From NCBI GenBank assembly GCA_963799485.1, contig CAWCXJ010000006.1:690189-754188 (forward strand): DNA of 64,000 nt. Direction: 5' to 3'. Source of the stretch: an uncultured Trueperaceae bacterium. Its GTDB lineage: Bacteria; Deinococcota; Deinococci; Deinococcales; Trueperaceae. The number at the start of each line of letters is the position of its first letter. The stretch's first letter is position 1. The notes under the pieces were generated by a model. The model did no database searches and had not been told where the DNA came from. It saw nothing but the letters and a program-made list of their open reading frames with translations. Positions 29,987 to 39,544 of this stretch are shown here, one piece after another. Position numbers and translations under genes: made by a program.

Positions 29987-31128
29987 GCGCGTTCCCCCTT
30001 GACGGTGTGGCTTATTTCCGTGGCGCAACCCGCATCCGCCGCTTGCAGCACCGTTGCCGAGGTTGGTTCAGGCTCCCCGAAATAGCGCCGCCGCAGCCAG
30101 AAGGCGACCGAAACGAGCCCGATCATCGCCGGAACCTCGACCAGCGGCCCGATCACGGCGGCGAACGCCACGCCGGAGCCGACGCCGAACACCGCCACGG
30201 CGACCGCTAGGGCCAGCTCGAAATTGTTCCCGGCAGCGGTAAAAGACAAGGTAGCGGTTTGCGAGTAGTCAGCCCCGACGAGCTTACCCATCCCGAAGGA
30301 GACGAGGAACATCACCCCGAAGTAGATCAGTAGCGGCGCGGCGATCAGCAGCACGTCAAGCGGCTGGGCGAGAATTGCGACCCCTTGCAGGCTGAACATC
30401 ACTACGATGGTAAAAAGCAGCGCCAGCAGCGTCACCGGGCTGATACGCGGCAAGAAAACCGTGTCGTACCAGCTTTGCCCCTTACGCGGAATCAGCACCA
30501 CCCGGCACAGCACCCCCACCACGAAGGGGATACCGAGGTAAATCAGCACGGCTCGAGCCACCTCCCCAATGCTGATACCGATGACGTTCCCCTCAAGCCC
30601 GAACAGGGGCGGCATGACCGAGAGGAAAAACCAAGCATAGACGCTGAAAAAAAGTACCTGAAATACGCTGTTAAAGGCCACCAGCCCCGCCGCATAGTCC
30701 CGATCACCTTCGGCTAGTTCATTCCATACCAGCACCATTGCAATACAGCGGGCCAGCCCGATCAGAATCAAGCCCACCATGTATTCGGGATGGTTATGCA
30801 GGAAGATAATAGCCAGAAAGAACATCAAAAACGGGCCGATCAGCCAGTTTTGCAGCAGCGACAACCCTAGCACCCGGACGTTGCGGAACACCTGCGGCAG
30901 CTTGCCGTAACGCACCTTGGCGAGCGGCGGAATCATCATCAGCACCAGCCCGATAGCGATAGGGATATTGGTTGCGCCGACGCTGAGAGTGTCCAAAGCG
31001 CGACCCACATCCGGCACTGCCGCGCCGAGGGCGACGCCCGCCGCCATCGCTAGGAAAATCCATAGCGTTAGATAGCGGTCGAGAAATGACAGCCGTTTGC
31101 GCGGTGCCGGTAGGGGCGCGGTGGTCAT
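29983..31128 (-). CDS. acr3: ACR3 family arsenite efflux transporter
   Basis: [38 protein letters not shown] motifs. Confidence 0.95.
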   Translation of the reverse strand: MTTAPLPAPRKRLSFLDRYLTLWIFLAMAAGVALGAAVPDVGRALDTLSVGATNIPIAIGLVLMMIPPLAKVRYGKLPQVFRNVRVLGLSLLQNWLIGPFLMFFLAIIFLHNHPEYMVGLILIGLARCIAMVLVWNELAEGDRDYAAGLVAFNSVFQVLFFSVYAWFFLSVMPPLFGLEGNVIGISIGEVARAVLIYLGIPFVVGVLCRVVLIPRKGQSWYDTVFLPRISPVTLLALLFTIVVMFSLQGVAILAQPLDVLLIAAPLLIYFGVMFLVSFGMGKLVGADYSQTATLSFTAAGNNFELALAVAVAVFGVGSGVAFAAVIGPLVEVPAMIGLVSVAFWLRRRYFGEPEPTSATVLQAADAGCATEISHTVKGERA

Positions 31129-31439
31129 GCGGCAACTTCATCCGTCTTCACGGTTTCATAGCGGCCCAACTGCTCACGTACCGCCGCAAAAGCAGTAGGT
31201 TCGAGATCGTAATACACCCATTTCCCGCGTTTATCGCCGCGCACAAAGCCCGCTCGCACGAGCAGCTTCATGTGATGACTCACAGCAGGCTGCGAGAGGC
31301 CGAGGAAGGTTTCCAAGTCACAGCCACAGACACCCTCATCACGGCTGCAACAGCTCTGAATCGGCTCTAACAGAAAATTTAGAATGTTCAGGCGGTGCGG
31401 GTCGGCAAGCGCCTTGAGTTTGAGAGCGAGATCATCCAT
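31125..31439 (-). CDS. arsR: ArsR/SmtB family repressor
   Basis: [11 protein letters not shown] and VCGCDL metal-binding Cys, [13 protein letters not shown]; leaderless TAGAAT-N6-ATG. Confidence 0.92.
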   Translation of the reverse strand: MDDLALKLKALADPHRLNILNFLLEPIQSCCSRDEGVCGCDLETFLGLSQPAVSHHMKLLVRAGFVRGDKRGKWVYYDLEPTAFAAVREQLGRYETVKTDEVAA

Positions 31440-31526
31440 ACAAGTATTCTATACATAAACAGATTCAAATGTGTAATGCTATTGTCAGCGTAAGGCTTGA
31501 CCTAAACCTTTACTGAAGGAGCTATC

Positions 31527-32021
31527 ATGTCGCACCCCTCATTCACCGCCCAGTTTGAAGCCGCGCCCGCCAAATCTTTACGGTTTACCGTGGACGGCCA
31601 GCAGCTTGTGCCGAACGATTTTCACGTGACCGAAATCAAAAAAGTTTCGATTGAATCGCTCGATTGTGGCGGCGGCGCGAGCGCGTGGGAAGAGCTGGTG
31701 ATTCAGCTCTGGTCGCCGCGTGGCGACGATACCCCCGAGCCGATGACGGTCGGCAAGTTTGCCAGTATCTTGGCGAAAGCCGACGCGCTGCCCCTGCTCG
31801 ACGGCGAGCATGTGCGCTTTGAATATGCGCCCGTGGGCCAGCCAGCGGTGCAGTACGCGCTAAGCCGCATCAACGCCGAGGGCGACGCGCTAGAAGTGGA
31901 ACTGATTGCGCCCTATGTGGCCTGCAAGCCCATCGAACGCGGCCAGATGAGCGAGCTGTCAGTTATCGGAGAAGCGGCCTGTTGTGCGCCCAGCACTAGC
32001 CAGGCGAAAGCCTGCTATTGA
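31527..32021 (+). CDS. DUF6428-like protein (ars-associated, Cys-rich C-terminus)
   Basis: FHVTEIK...LDCGG...WEELVIQLW, ACK, ACCAP motifs; divergent from arsR. Confidence 0.75.
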   Translation: MSHPSFTAQFEAAPAKSLRFTVDGQQLVPNDFHVTEIKKVSIESLDCGGGASAWEELVIQLWSPRGDDTPEPMTVGKFASILAKADALPLLDGEHVRFEYAPVGQPAVQYALSRINAEGDALEVELIAPYVACKPIERGQMSELSVIGEAACCAPSTSQAKACY

Positions 32022-32049
32022 GCTGAATTCCTACCGTTTATTACATCAG

Positions 32050-32709
32050 CTAAGCAGGACAGGCACAGGCATCAGCCGGACAACGGCCTGCCGGACACAA
32101 GGCCGGGTGCAGCTCCTGCCACGCTTCGGTCATTACTGTAAAGGCCGAGTGCAGGAACACCGCCACGATCACCAAACTAATCAGTAAATCCGGCCAGATC
32201 GAGCTGGTGAGCGCCGTCGCACCCGCCGCGAGAATCACGCCGGTGTTCGCTACAATGTCGTTGCGCGAGCAGAGCCACGTCGAACGCATATTGATGTCGT
32301 CGCTCCGGTGCCGGGTAAGTAAATAGAGACACACGCCGTTAGCGATGAGGGCCACCATAGCGGTTAGCGCCATCAGGCCAGCGATAGGCGTTTCCGGCAC
32401 ATAGAGTTTATAGATTGCCTGCCCCAGCACCCCAAGGCCGAACACCGCCATGATGCCGCCTTTGAGCAAAGCCGACCGCGCCCGCCAGTGCAGCGCCCGT
32501 CCGATAACAAAGAGGCTAAAACCGTAAACGAGCGTGTCGCCCAGCATGTCGAGCGAATCCGCTAATAGCGCCACCGAGCCGACCAGTAGCCCCATGACCA
32601 GCTCAACTACGAACATGCCGCCATTGATCCCCAAGACCGTCCATAGCACCTTGGACTGGCTTTTTTGCAGCGCTTCGACTTCGCAACCTTTATCTTGTCA
32701 ACAGGACAT
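32050..32709 (-). pseudogene. Cation efflux (CDF-like) transporter with TGA at codon 4
   Basis: ALLADSLDMLGD and STWLCSRND motifs. TATAAT-N6-ATG at 32709 gives MSC*QDKGCEVEAL in frame with the main ORF. Confidence 0.75.
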
Positions 32710-32822
32710 GCGATAATTATAGGCGCTTCTCAGGAAATTGCAGTTATTGAGCTGAAACACCCATAGCTAACCTGAGTTCGAAAAGCTCTTAATTCTTATT
32801 GTGAAGAATTGTTTCAAACCGT

Positions 32823-34004
32823 CTACGCCACTATTTGTAGCGGTATTCTCACCTGAAACAATGCGCCACCGCCCGCACGGTTCATGACCTGCACACTGCC
32901 ACCGTGGAGCTTCACCAACGCGTCAACAATCGCCAGACCTAAACCCGAAGAGCCCTTCGTATCTTTGCCCTGAATAAACCGTTCAAAGATATGTGGCAGG
33001 TCGGCTTCAGGGATGCCTGGGCCGGTATCACTTACCTCTAAACACGCACCGGAATCACAGGTTTGGACGCTGAGTTGCACCACGCCACCGGCTGGCGTAA
33101 CGCGTAACGCATTGTCGAGCAGGTTCCCGAGTACCTGGATCAAGCGGGTTTGGTCGATGTTGGCTACGATATCGGCTCCGGTACACACGAGCGTTACGCC
33201 TCGTTGCTGCCCCCGCGCCTGAAAACTCTCAGCGACCTCCTCGACTAACTCATTCAGATGGGTCGGTTGCCGCTTTAGGGTTAGCTGTCCAGCGTCGGCG
33301 AGCGAAAGCGTCCGGAGGTCTTCGACTAACTGTGAAAGCACCCCCGTTTGTGTGAGTAGATGTCCAATTTGCGCCTTACTCAGGGGCATAAGTCCGTCTT
33401 GGAGCGCCTCGAGCCGCATCTGCAACGCGGTCAGCGGCGTGCGGAGTTCGTGGGCGATATCGGCGACCATCGCCTTGCGTTCACGTTCGAAAGTCTCCAG
33501 CGCCTCAGACATGTCGTTAAAGGTGACGGCTAAACGGTCCGTCTCGAGACGTGAGCGCCGCTGCTTCTCGCTCAACCTCACGCGGGCGCTGAAGTCTCCG
33601 GCAGCGACGCCCCCGGCAGCCTTGGAAACCGCCGCGATAGGTTGTGCGATGGAGCGCGACACGAGCAGGGCCAATAGAACCGTCATCCCGACGGCTAAAA
33701 GCAGCCCGATGAGCAGCATCTGCTCCTGTAACCGTCTACGTTCTTCAAAGGAGAGGGCTTGCTGGCGAAGCATGTCGGCTTGCGTACCACCGTCCCCTAA
33801 GCCGGAAAGTGACGTGGCCCTTGCGCGGCGAGGGCGTAGACCGAAGAGGTCGAACCGTGGGGGCGGCACCTGCGCGCGCACCTCGCTCGGCAGCGACCAG
33901 TAGGTGCGGTAGTCGGCGACCTGAAGCACCGCTGCGAGGATCGCCAAAGACAATGCGGTCGTCATAATCATGGCGACGGCTAGACGGGGGGCAAGGCGGT
34001 TCAA
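32823..34004 (-). CDS. HAMP-domain sensor histidine kinase (BaeS-like)
   Basis: Two TM helices, HAMP, DIAHELRTPL, NLLDNALR, DTGPGI, GLGLAIV. Confidence 0.92.
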   Translation of the reverse strand: MNRLAPRLAVAMIMTTALSLAILAAVLQVADYRTYWSLPSEVRAQVPPPRFDLFGLRPRRARATSLSGLGDGGTQADMLRQQALSFEERRRLQEQMLLIGLLLAVGMTVLLALLVSRSIAQPIAAVSKAAGGVAAGDFSARVRLSEKQRRSRLETDRLAVTFNDMSEALETFERERKAMVADIAHELRTPLTALQMRLEALQDGLMPLSKAQIGHLLTQTGVLSQLVEDLRTLSLADAGQLTLKRQPTHLNELVEEVAESFQARGQQRGVTLVCTGADIVANIDQTRLIQVLGNLLDNALRVTPAGGVVQLSVQTCDSGACLEVSDTGPGIPEADLPHIFERFIQGKDTKGSSGLGLAIVDALVKLHGGSVQVMNRAGGGALFQVRIPLQIVA

Positions 34005-34681
34005 GAGGAGCGAGCTGTCAGCCGGTAGCCGACGCCGCGCACCGTTTCTAAAATGTCGGCGGCACCCTGTTCGGCAAGCTTGGCGCGGATGTTTTTGAGG
34101 TGCCGGTCGATAGCGCGTTCTAAAGCGTCACTTTCAGGCATTGCGGCGTCGAAGAGTTCGGTGCGGCTCATCGCCTTGCCGGGGGCGTGAGCGAGCGTCT
34201 CGAGCAACTTGAATTCGGTCGGCGTGAGCTGTAAAGCGGTGCCGCCGATACGTGCTTCGACCTGGTACGAATCGACCTCCAAAGGACCGACCCGGACGAC
34301 CTGCGGTGCGTCGCCCTCCGCCTTGCTCCGCCGCAACACCGCCCCGACGTGCGCCACGACCTTACGGGGGCTGCACGGTTTGGTGAGGTATGAATCCGCG
34401 CCGAGCCCTAATCCTAGTAGCTCGTCAAGTTCTTCGCTGCGCGCCGTGAGCATCACCACCGGGGTACGGCCCGCTCCGCGAACACGGCGCAAGACCTCCA
34501 ACCCGTCGAGCCTGGGCAAGCCGATGTCGAGTACCACGAGGTCGGGTTGCGCGGCGCGAAACAGACGCAAGGCTTCTTCACCGTCGGCGGCGCGTTCGGT
34601 CTGGTGCCCGTCGTTACGCAGGTAAAGCTCGAGCATTTCGGCAATTTCACGGTCGTCCTCGACGACCAAAATCAGGGCCAT
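34001..34681 (-). CDS. OmpR/BaeR-family response regulator
   Basis: LVVEDD, LDIGLP, LTPTEFKLL, ETVRGVGYRL motifs; GGAGG RBS. Confidence 0.93.
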   Translation of the reverse strand: MALILVVEDDREIAEMLELYLRNDGHQTERAADGEEALRLFRAAQPDLVVLDIGLPRLDGLEVLRRVRGAGRTPVVMLTARSEELDELLGLGLGADSYLTKPCSPRKVVAHVGAVLRRSKAEGDAPQVVRVGPLEVDSYQVEARIGGTALQLTPTEFKLLETLAHAPGKAMSRTELFDAAMPESDALERAIDRHLKNIRAKLAEQGAADILETVRGVGYRLTARSS

Positions 34682-34759
34682 ACGACCTCCCGGAGTTAGT
34701 GTACGCTCCAGCTCATCTACCTTCAGTGTATTGTGCATAGCTCTCCAAAGCCACAGGTT

Positions 34760-35989
34760 TTACGGTGTGTCCGAGGTGTCGGTGCTCGTAGGTGAGGTGG
34801 TGTCCGGGACTGTGGTGTCGAGCGTCGTATCTGAGGTTGTCGTGTTCAGGCTCGAGGTCTCCCCCGCACCGTCAGTAAGGGTGTTCTCTAGTGTGTCATC
34901 TTGGGCGCTGCTAGAGTCGTCCGAAGTCGCGCCGTTTGAGACTGCACTTACGTCGGAACTACCCGTGCTGCTTGTTGTACTGCCGCCAGAGACGGTCTGC
35001 TCGAGCGCTAGCGCCGCCAAGCGAAAGTCGTAGAGCGCGCTGTACATCGCCACTTCCGTTTGCATATGGCTCAGCTGCGCCTCCTGAAAGCTGATAGGAG
35101 CGAGGCTGCCCGCGTCAAGCCGCGCTTTTTGTGCGGCAAGTTCTTCTCGTGAGGCGCTGAAGTCGGCCTTGGCACTCTCGAAACTGCGCTCGGCGCTCGA
35201 GAGCGCATTGTACGCGCCGCTAACGTCTAGCTCGAGGCTCCGGCGGGCGGTGTCGAGGTCGCTTTGAGCACGCGTCAGCGCGTCCTGCGCGGCGTCGATA
35301 TCGGTCTGAGCACTAAAGGCGTTATTGACCGCCGCGAGTTGCGCCTCGGCGACCGTCACGGTGGTCGAGGCTGCTTGTACGCCGCTGTTGGTCGCTTTAG
35401 CCTGACCTAAACTTGCTGCTAACGTTGGCACGGCGGGCGGTGTAAGGCTGATTTGGACGAGCTGCGCCGCATCTTGTCGAATAAGGCTAGTGAGCTCGCC
35501 CTCAGCAAGGGCTTTGGTTTGCTCGGCGTTTTGCCTATTGCGCTGCGCTGCGGCGAGGGTGTTTTGCGCCTGAAGCAGCTCGAGGTCGGTTGCGGCCCCC
35601 GCGTCTAGGCGAATCTGCGTCGCCTGCACGGTGGCCTGTTGGATGGCGAGGTCTTGTTCGGCGACCTCGAGGGCGCGCTCGGCGCTCAGCGAGTCGAAGT
35701 AGGCGCTTGTGACTTCCGTGCGTGAGGTGAAACGGGCGGACTCGAGCGCGGCCCGGGCGTTTTCAAGGGTTTGCTCGGCCTGGAGCGTCGGAACCCGGAG
35801 GGCTAAAGGGTCGGCCTGAAGCCGGGTCAGCTCGCGCTGCGCTGCCGCAACGTCGGCCTCTGCGCCCAGCACGTCCGGATCGGCCGCAGGGGCTGCGCGC
35901 AAAACTTCAGTGAGAGTCAGCGCGTCACCCGTCGTCTGTGCAAAGGTAACACTCACGCTTAAGAGTAGGGAAAGAAAAAGCCGCCGCAT
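34760..35989 (-). CDS. TolC family outer-membrane efflux protein with Thr/Ser/Asp-rich tail
   Basis: Signal peptide; OEP repeats (RLDAGAATDLELLQA; RLDAGSLAPISFQEA). Confidence 0.8.
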   Translation of the reverse strand: MRRLFLSLLLSVSVTFAQTTGDALTLTEVLRAAPAADPDVLGAEADVAAAQRELTRLQADPLALRVPTLQAEQTLENARAALESARFTSRTEVTSAYFDSLSAERALEVAEQDLAIQQATVQATQIRLDAGAATDLELLQAQNTLAAAQRNRQNAEQTKALAEGELTSLIRQDAAQLVQISLTPPAVPTLAASLGQAKATNSGVQAASTTVTVAEAQLAAVNNAFSAQTDIDAAQDALTRAQSDLDTARRSLELDVSGAYNALSSAERSFESAKADFSASREELAAQKARLDAGSLAPISFQEAQLSHMQTEVAMYSALYDFRLAALALEQTVSGGSTTSSTGSSDVSAVSNGATSDDSSSAQDDTLENTLTDGAGETSSLNTTTSDTTLDTTVPDTTSPTSTDTSDTP

Positions 35990-35990
35990 A

Positions 35991-37358
35991 TTAGAGAACC
36001 TCCAGAGGATCGAGGGCGAGGGTTTGGAGCAGGTTCAGCTGGGCCAAGAGCACACTGTCTTGCAGGCGGGCGAACTGCACTTGTGCGTCCAGCAAGCTCG
36101 CCTCGGCGCTCTGAACTTCGTAAGGCGCGACGAGGCCGAGACCTAAGCGGGTGCGGGTCGTCGCGAGCGAACTTTGGCGCTGCTCGACAAGTGCCTGGGC
36201 CGCCTCGAGGCTGTTTTGCGCGGTCATGAGCTGAGTCTGGGCAGCTTGAAGCTCGAGCCCGGCCTGCGCCTGAACTTGCGCCAACTGCTGCTCTGCGTTC
36301 TGGACACCGGTTTCAGCCGCTGCCAGCGCTGAGCCGCTGCCAGTGCCGAACGGAATACTCACGCTGAGCTGGGCGCTCAAACCTTCACGAGTCGCCGTTC
36401 CCGCGACCCCTGTTGCCGTGCCGTCCGGGTCGTAAGCGACGCTCAAGGACGGTTGATAGGTTTCCGTGGTCAACCCCGCTGCCAACGTCACATCTGACGA
36501 ACTGTAACTCGCGCTCACGCCGCCGCTCGGCAATACTTCACGCAAGGCGGCGTCGGCGCTGAGCTGCGCAGCCTGCACCGCTAAGCGGGCGCTTAAAACG
36601 TCGCTGCGCTCGGCAAGCCGCGCAGCTGCACCGCCCAGTTCGGGCAGCGTCACGGTTGGCGGTTCCCCGGATACGGCAGCGACGTTTGCGCCCAGCGTTT
36701 GGGAAAGCGCCCCTAAAGCCTGGTCTCTTTCCAGAGCCACTTCAGCGAGGTCGTTTTGCGCTTCGCTCAGCCTGATCTGCGCGTCCAGCACATCGGCGCT
36801 GCTGGAGGCCCCGGCCTCCAGACGGGTTTGGGTGGCGTCGAGTGCGCTCTGGGCGACGTTTACGGCGGCTTCTAGGGCTTGTTCTTCCTGAGCGTAGCGG
36901 AGGGTCTCTAGGTACTGCGTGGCAACCGTGACCACGGTGTCTCTGCGGGTGGCCCCCAGCACAGCCTCCGCAGTTTCTACCGCCCACTTTGCCTGTGTTA
37001 CGCCGTCAGCCACGTTGCCGTAAGGGACGACGTTGAAGCTGCCTGTGAGCGTGAGCGGCCCGAAGTCGCCGGTAGCGGCTTCAGCTGCTGAAACATATGT
37101 CCGGGTGTAGTCGGTGCTGAGGCTGCCCGAGACGAGCCCAGACGCAGCTTTTAACTGCTGCTGTGCAAGTTCGAGTTGCCCCTCAGCGAGCTCGACTGCC
37201 GGACTTGCGGACGCTGAGGAGACCGCCTGGTCGAACGATAGTGTCGTTTCTGCTTCCTGTGCCGCGGAGAGCGGAAGGGCGCTCAGACCTACCAAGCAGG
37301 TCCCTAGAAACCAACGCTTCAGGTTGGTTGAGGTTTGATTATCTAACTGGCGTGTCAT
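35991..37358 (-). CDS. TolC family outer-membrane efflux protein
   Basis: Signal peptide; OEP repeats (RLEAGASSSADVLDAQ; RLGLGLVAPYEVQSAE). Confidence 0.82.
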   Translation of the reverse strand: MTRQLDNQTSTNLKRWFLGTCLVGLSALPLSAAQEAETTLSFDQAVSSASASPAVELAEGQLELAQQQLKAASGLVSGSLSTDYTRTYVSAAEAATGDFGPLTLTGSFNVVPYGNVADGVTQAKWAVETAEAVLGATRRDTVVTVATQYLETLRYAQEEQALEAAVNVAQSALDATQTRLEAGASSSADVLDAQIRLSEAQNDLAEVALERDQALGALSQTLGANVAAVSGEPPTVTLPELGGAAARLAERSDVLSARLAVQAAQLSADAALREVLPSGGVSASYSSSDVTLAAGLTTETYQPSLSVAYDPDGTATGVAGTATREGLSAQLSVSIPFGTGSGSALAAAETGVQNAEQQLAQVQAQAGLELQAAQTQLMTAQNSLEAAQALVEQRQSSLATTRTRLGLGLVAPYEVQSAEASLLDAQVQFARLQDSVLLAQLNLLQTLALDPLEVL

Positions 37359-37442
37359 AGGAACAGTGTCGCAGGCATAGAATAGGGTTTTGTATGCACT
37401 CGATGCGGATTTGATATGCACGTTCCGGCAGATAAGAGAACC

Positions 37443-38774
37443 CTACTCATAGCGCAGGCTTTCAACTGGATCTAACCGGGCAGCGCGCTGCGCCGGATAA
37501 AACCCGAAGAAAACGCCGACCAAAAGTGAGAACCCGAAGGCCAACACCATCGGCGGCAGCGTGTACGAAGGCGTGAGGTCTAAAAGCGGCGCGGCGACGT
37601 AGGCGCTGCCGACCCCGACTGCTAGGCCGATCAGCCCGCCCCCAGCGGAGAGCAGAGTAGCCTCGAGCAAAAACTGCGTCAGGATGTCCCTGGGTCTTGC
37701 CCCGAGCGCCTTACGGACGCCGATTTCGCGGGTGCGCTCCGTCACCGAGACCAGCACGATGTTCATGATGCCGATACCGCCGACGAACAGACTGATTGAA
37801 GCAATCGCGCCTAAAAAGAGTGAGAGCGTCTGACTGACCTCGTTGAGTGATTCCAGACTGTCGGCCTGGTTTTGAATCTCGAAGTCGTAATCGTCTACGG
37901 GCTCACCCAAAAGGCCGTGCTGATTGACCAGCAGCGTCGTCAGATCGTTTTCCAGACCCGTTAACACGTCCGGGCTCGAGCCCTCCACATAGACCGAACC
38001 TATGGTCGGGTCGCCGATGGCGGACTGCCGATACACGCGCTGCAAAAAGGTACTCAGCGGAACGAACACGTTCGTATCGGTGTTGCCGAAACCGCTGCCC
38101 GACGTGGGCAAGACGCCGACCACCGTAAACGAGTTGCCGTTAATGCTGAGCGTTTCACCCAGCGCACTGCCGCCTGGAAAGAGCGTCGTCGCCGCTTCGG
38201 AACCGAGAACGGCGACCAGTGCGTTGTTTCCCAGTTCACTTTCGCTGAACCAGCGCCCCGTCGAGGTCGCGCTATTTCGCACCGTTTCGTAACTCGGCCA
38301 CGTTCCCGTCACGCTGGCGCTCAAGTTCTCTTCGCCCGCTTTGACCTGAACCGTCGTGTCAATGGTGGGCGCAACGTCCCTGATTCGCGGGTCGTCGAGT
38401 GCCACAATCGCGTCGGCGTCGCCTAACGTAATGCTGTTCGAACTGCCGCCACGCACCAGGCCGGGTGAACCGAACGAGCGGCTGCTCGAGACCGTCAGCA
38501 AGTTCGTTCCGAGGCTCGAGATGCTCGCCGTTACGCTGCTCGTGACGCCCGCGCCGATAGCAGTCAGCGCCACAACCGCCGCCACCCCGATAATCACGCC
38601 GAGCGCGGTCAGGGCGCTGCGGGTGACGTTTGCCCGAACCGAACGCCACGCCATCGTCAGGGTTTCAAGGAATCCGAGTCCGCCGGAATGAGGCGGTGTG
38701 AACGGGTTTTTAGTTACGGCAGGCGTGACCGCCGGGCTTGGGGTGGCGTTTGTCGCTGTGACCTTTTCCATCAC
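37443..38774 (-). CDS. MacB-like ABC transporter permease
   Basis: RSALTALGVIIGV, GGIGIMNIVLVSVTERTREIGVRKALGA, PAQRAARLDPVESLRYE motifs. Confidence 0.93.
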   Translation of the reverse strand: MMEKVTATNATPSPAVTPAVTKNPFTPPHSGGLGFLETLTMAWRSVRANVTRSALTALGVIIGVAAVVALTAIGAGVTSSVTASISSLGTNLLTVSSSRSFGSPGLVRGGSSNSITLGDADAIVALDDPRIRDVAPTIDTTVQVKAGEENLSASVTGTWPSYETVRNSATSTGRWFSESELGNNALVAVLGSEAATTLFPGGSALGETLSINGNSFTVVGVLPTSGSGFGNTDTNVFVPLSTFLQRVYRQSAIGDPTIGSVYVEGSSPDVLTGLENDLTTLLVNQHGLLGEPVDDYDFEIQNQADSLESLNEVSQTLSLFLGAIASISLFVGGIGIMNIVLVSVTERTREIGVRKALGARPRDILTQFLLEATLLSAGGGLIGLAVGVGSAYVAAPLLDLTPSYTLPPMVLAFGFSLLVGVFFGFYPAQRAARLDPVESLRYE

Positions 38775-39544
38775 AGCTGCCCCGCAGCCTCGGCTCGAGC
38801 CGTGCCCGTGTCCCCATGAGCGACCGGCTGGGCGGTGTCGCTCTCGAGCAGCCCGTCACGGAGCCGCACCGTACGCTTTGTCCACGCGGCGATGTCGGGT
38901 TCGTGCGTGACGACCACCACGGTTGTACCCTCGTCGTTTAGTTCACGAAAAAGGGTCATGATGTCTTCGCCGGTTTGGGTGTCCAAGTTGCCGGTCGGTT
39001 CGTCGGCTAACAGCAGCGCCGGGTTGAGCGAAAGCGCCCTCGCCACGGCGACGCGCTGCTTTTGCCCCCCGGAAATCTGCGAGGGGAGGTTTTTTGCCTT
39101 ATCGGCGAGTCCCACTTTGGCGAGCAGCTCGAGCGCCCGCTCCCGCCTCACCTTGGGTTTGACTCCGGCATATAAGAGCGGCGTTTCGACGTTCTCGAGC
39201 AGGCTGTACCGCGGCAGTAGGTGAAACGCCTGAAACACAAAGCCGATAAACCGGTTTCGAACCTCTGCCCGTTCGCCCTCGCTCAGGTCCGTGACGTCCG
39301 CCCCCGAGAGCAAGTAGCGCCCGCCTGTCGGCTCGTCCAGGATGCCCAGGATATTCATCAGGGTCGATTTGCCAGACCCAGACGGCCCCATTAGCGCCAC
39401 GAACTCGCCCGCATAGACATCGAACGACACGCCTTTAAGTGCCCAGAACGCGGTATCGCCCAGGTCGTAACGTCGGGTGATGGCCTCGAGCCGTAAAACA
39501 GCGTCCCTACGGTCTGCCTCATAGCAGGTTTCAGGCCGGTTCAT
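38771..39544 (-). CDS. ABC transporter ATP-binding protein (MacB/LolD-like)
   Basis: GPSGSGKST, ISGGQKQRVA, LADEPTGNLD motifs. Confidence 0.95.
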   Translation of the reverse strand: MNRPETCYEADRRDAVLRLEAITRRYDLGDTAFWALKGVSFDVYAGEFVALMGPSGSGKSTLMNILGILDEPTGGRYLLSGADVTDLSEGERAEVRNRFIGFVFQAFHLLPRYSLLENVETPLLYAGVKPKVRRERALELLAKVGLADKAKNLPSQISGGQKQRVAVARALSLNPALLLADEPTGNLDTQTGEDIMTLFRELNDEGTTVVVVTHEPDIAAWTKRTVRLRDGLLESDTAQPVAHGDTGTARAEAAGQL

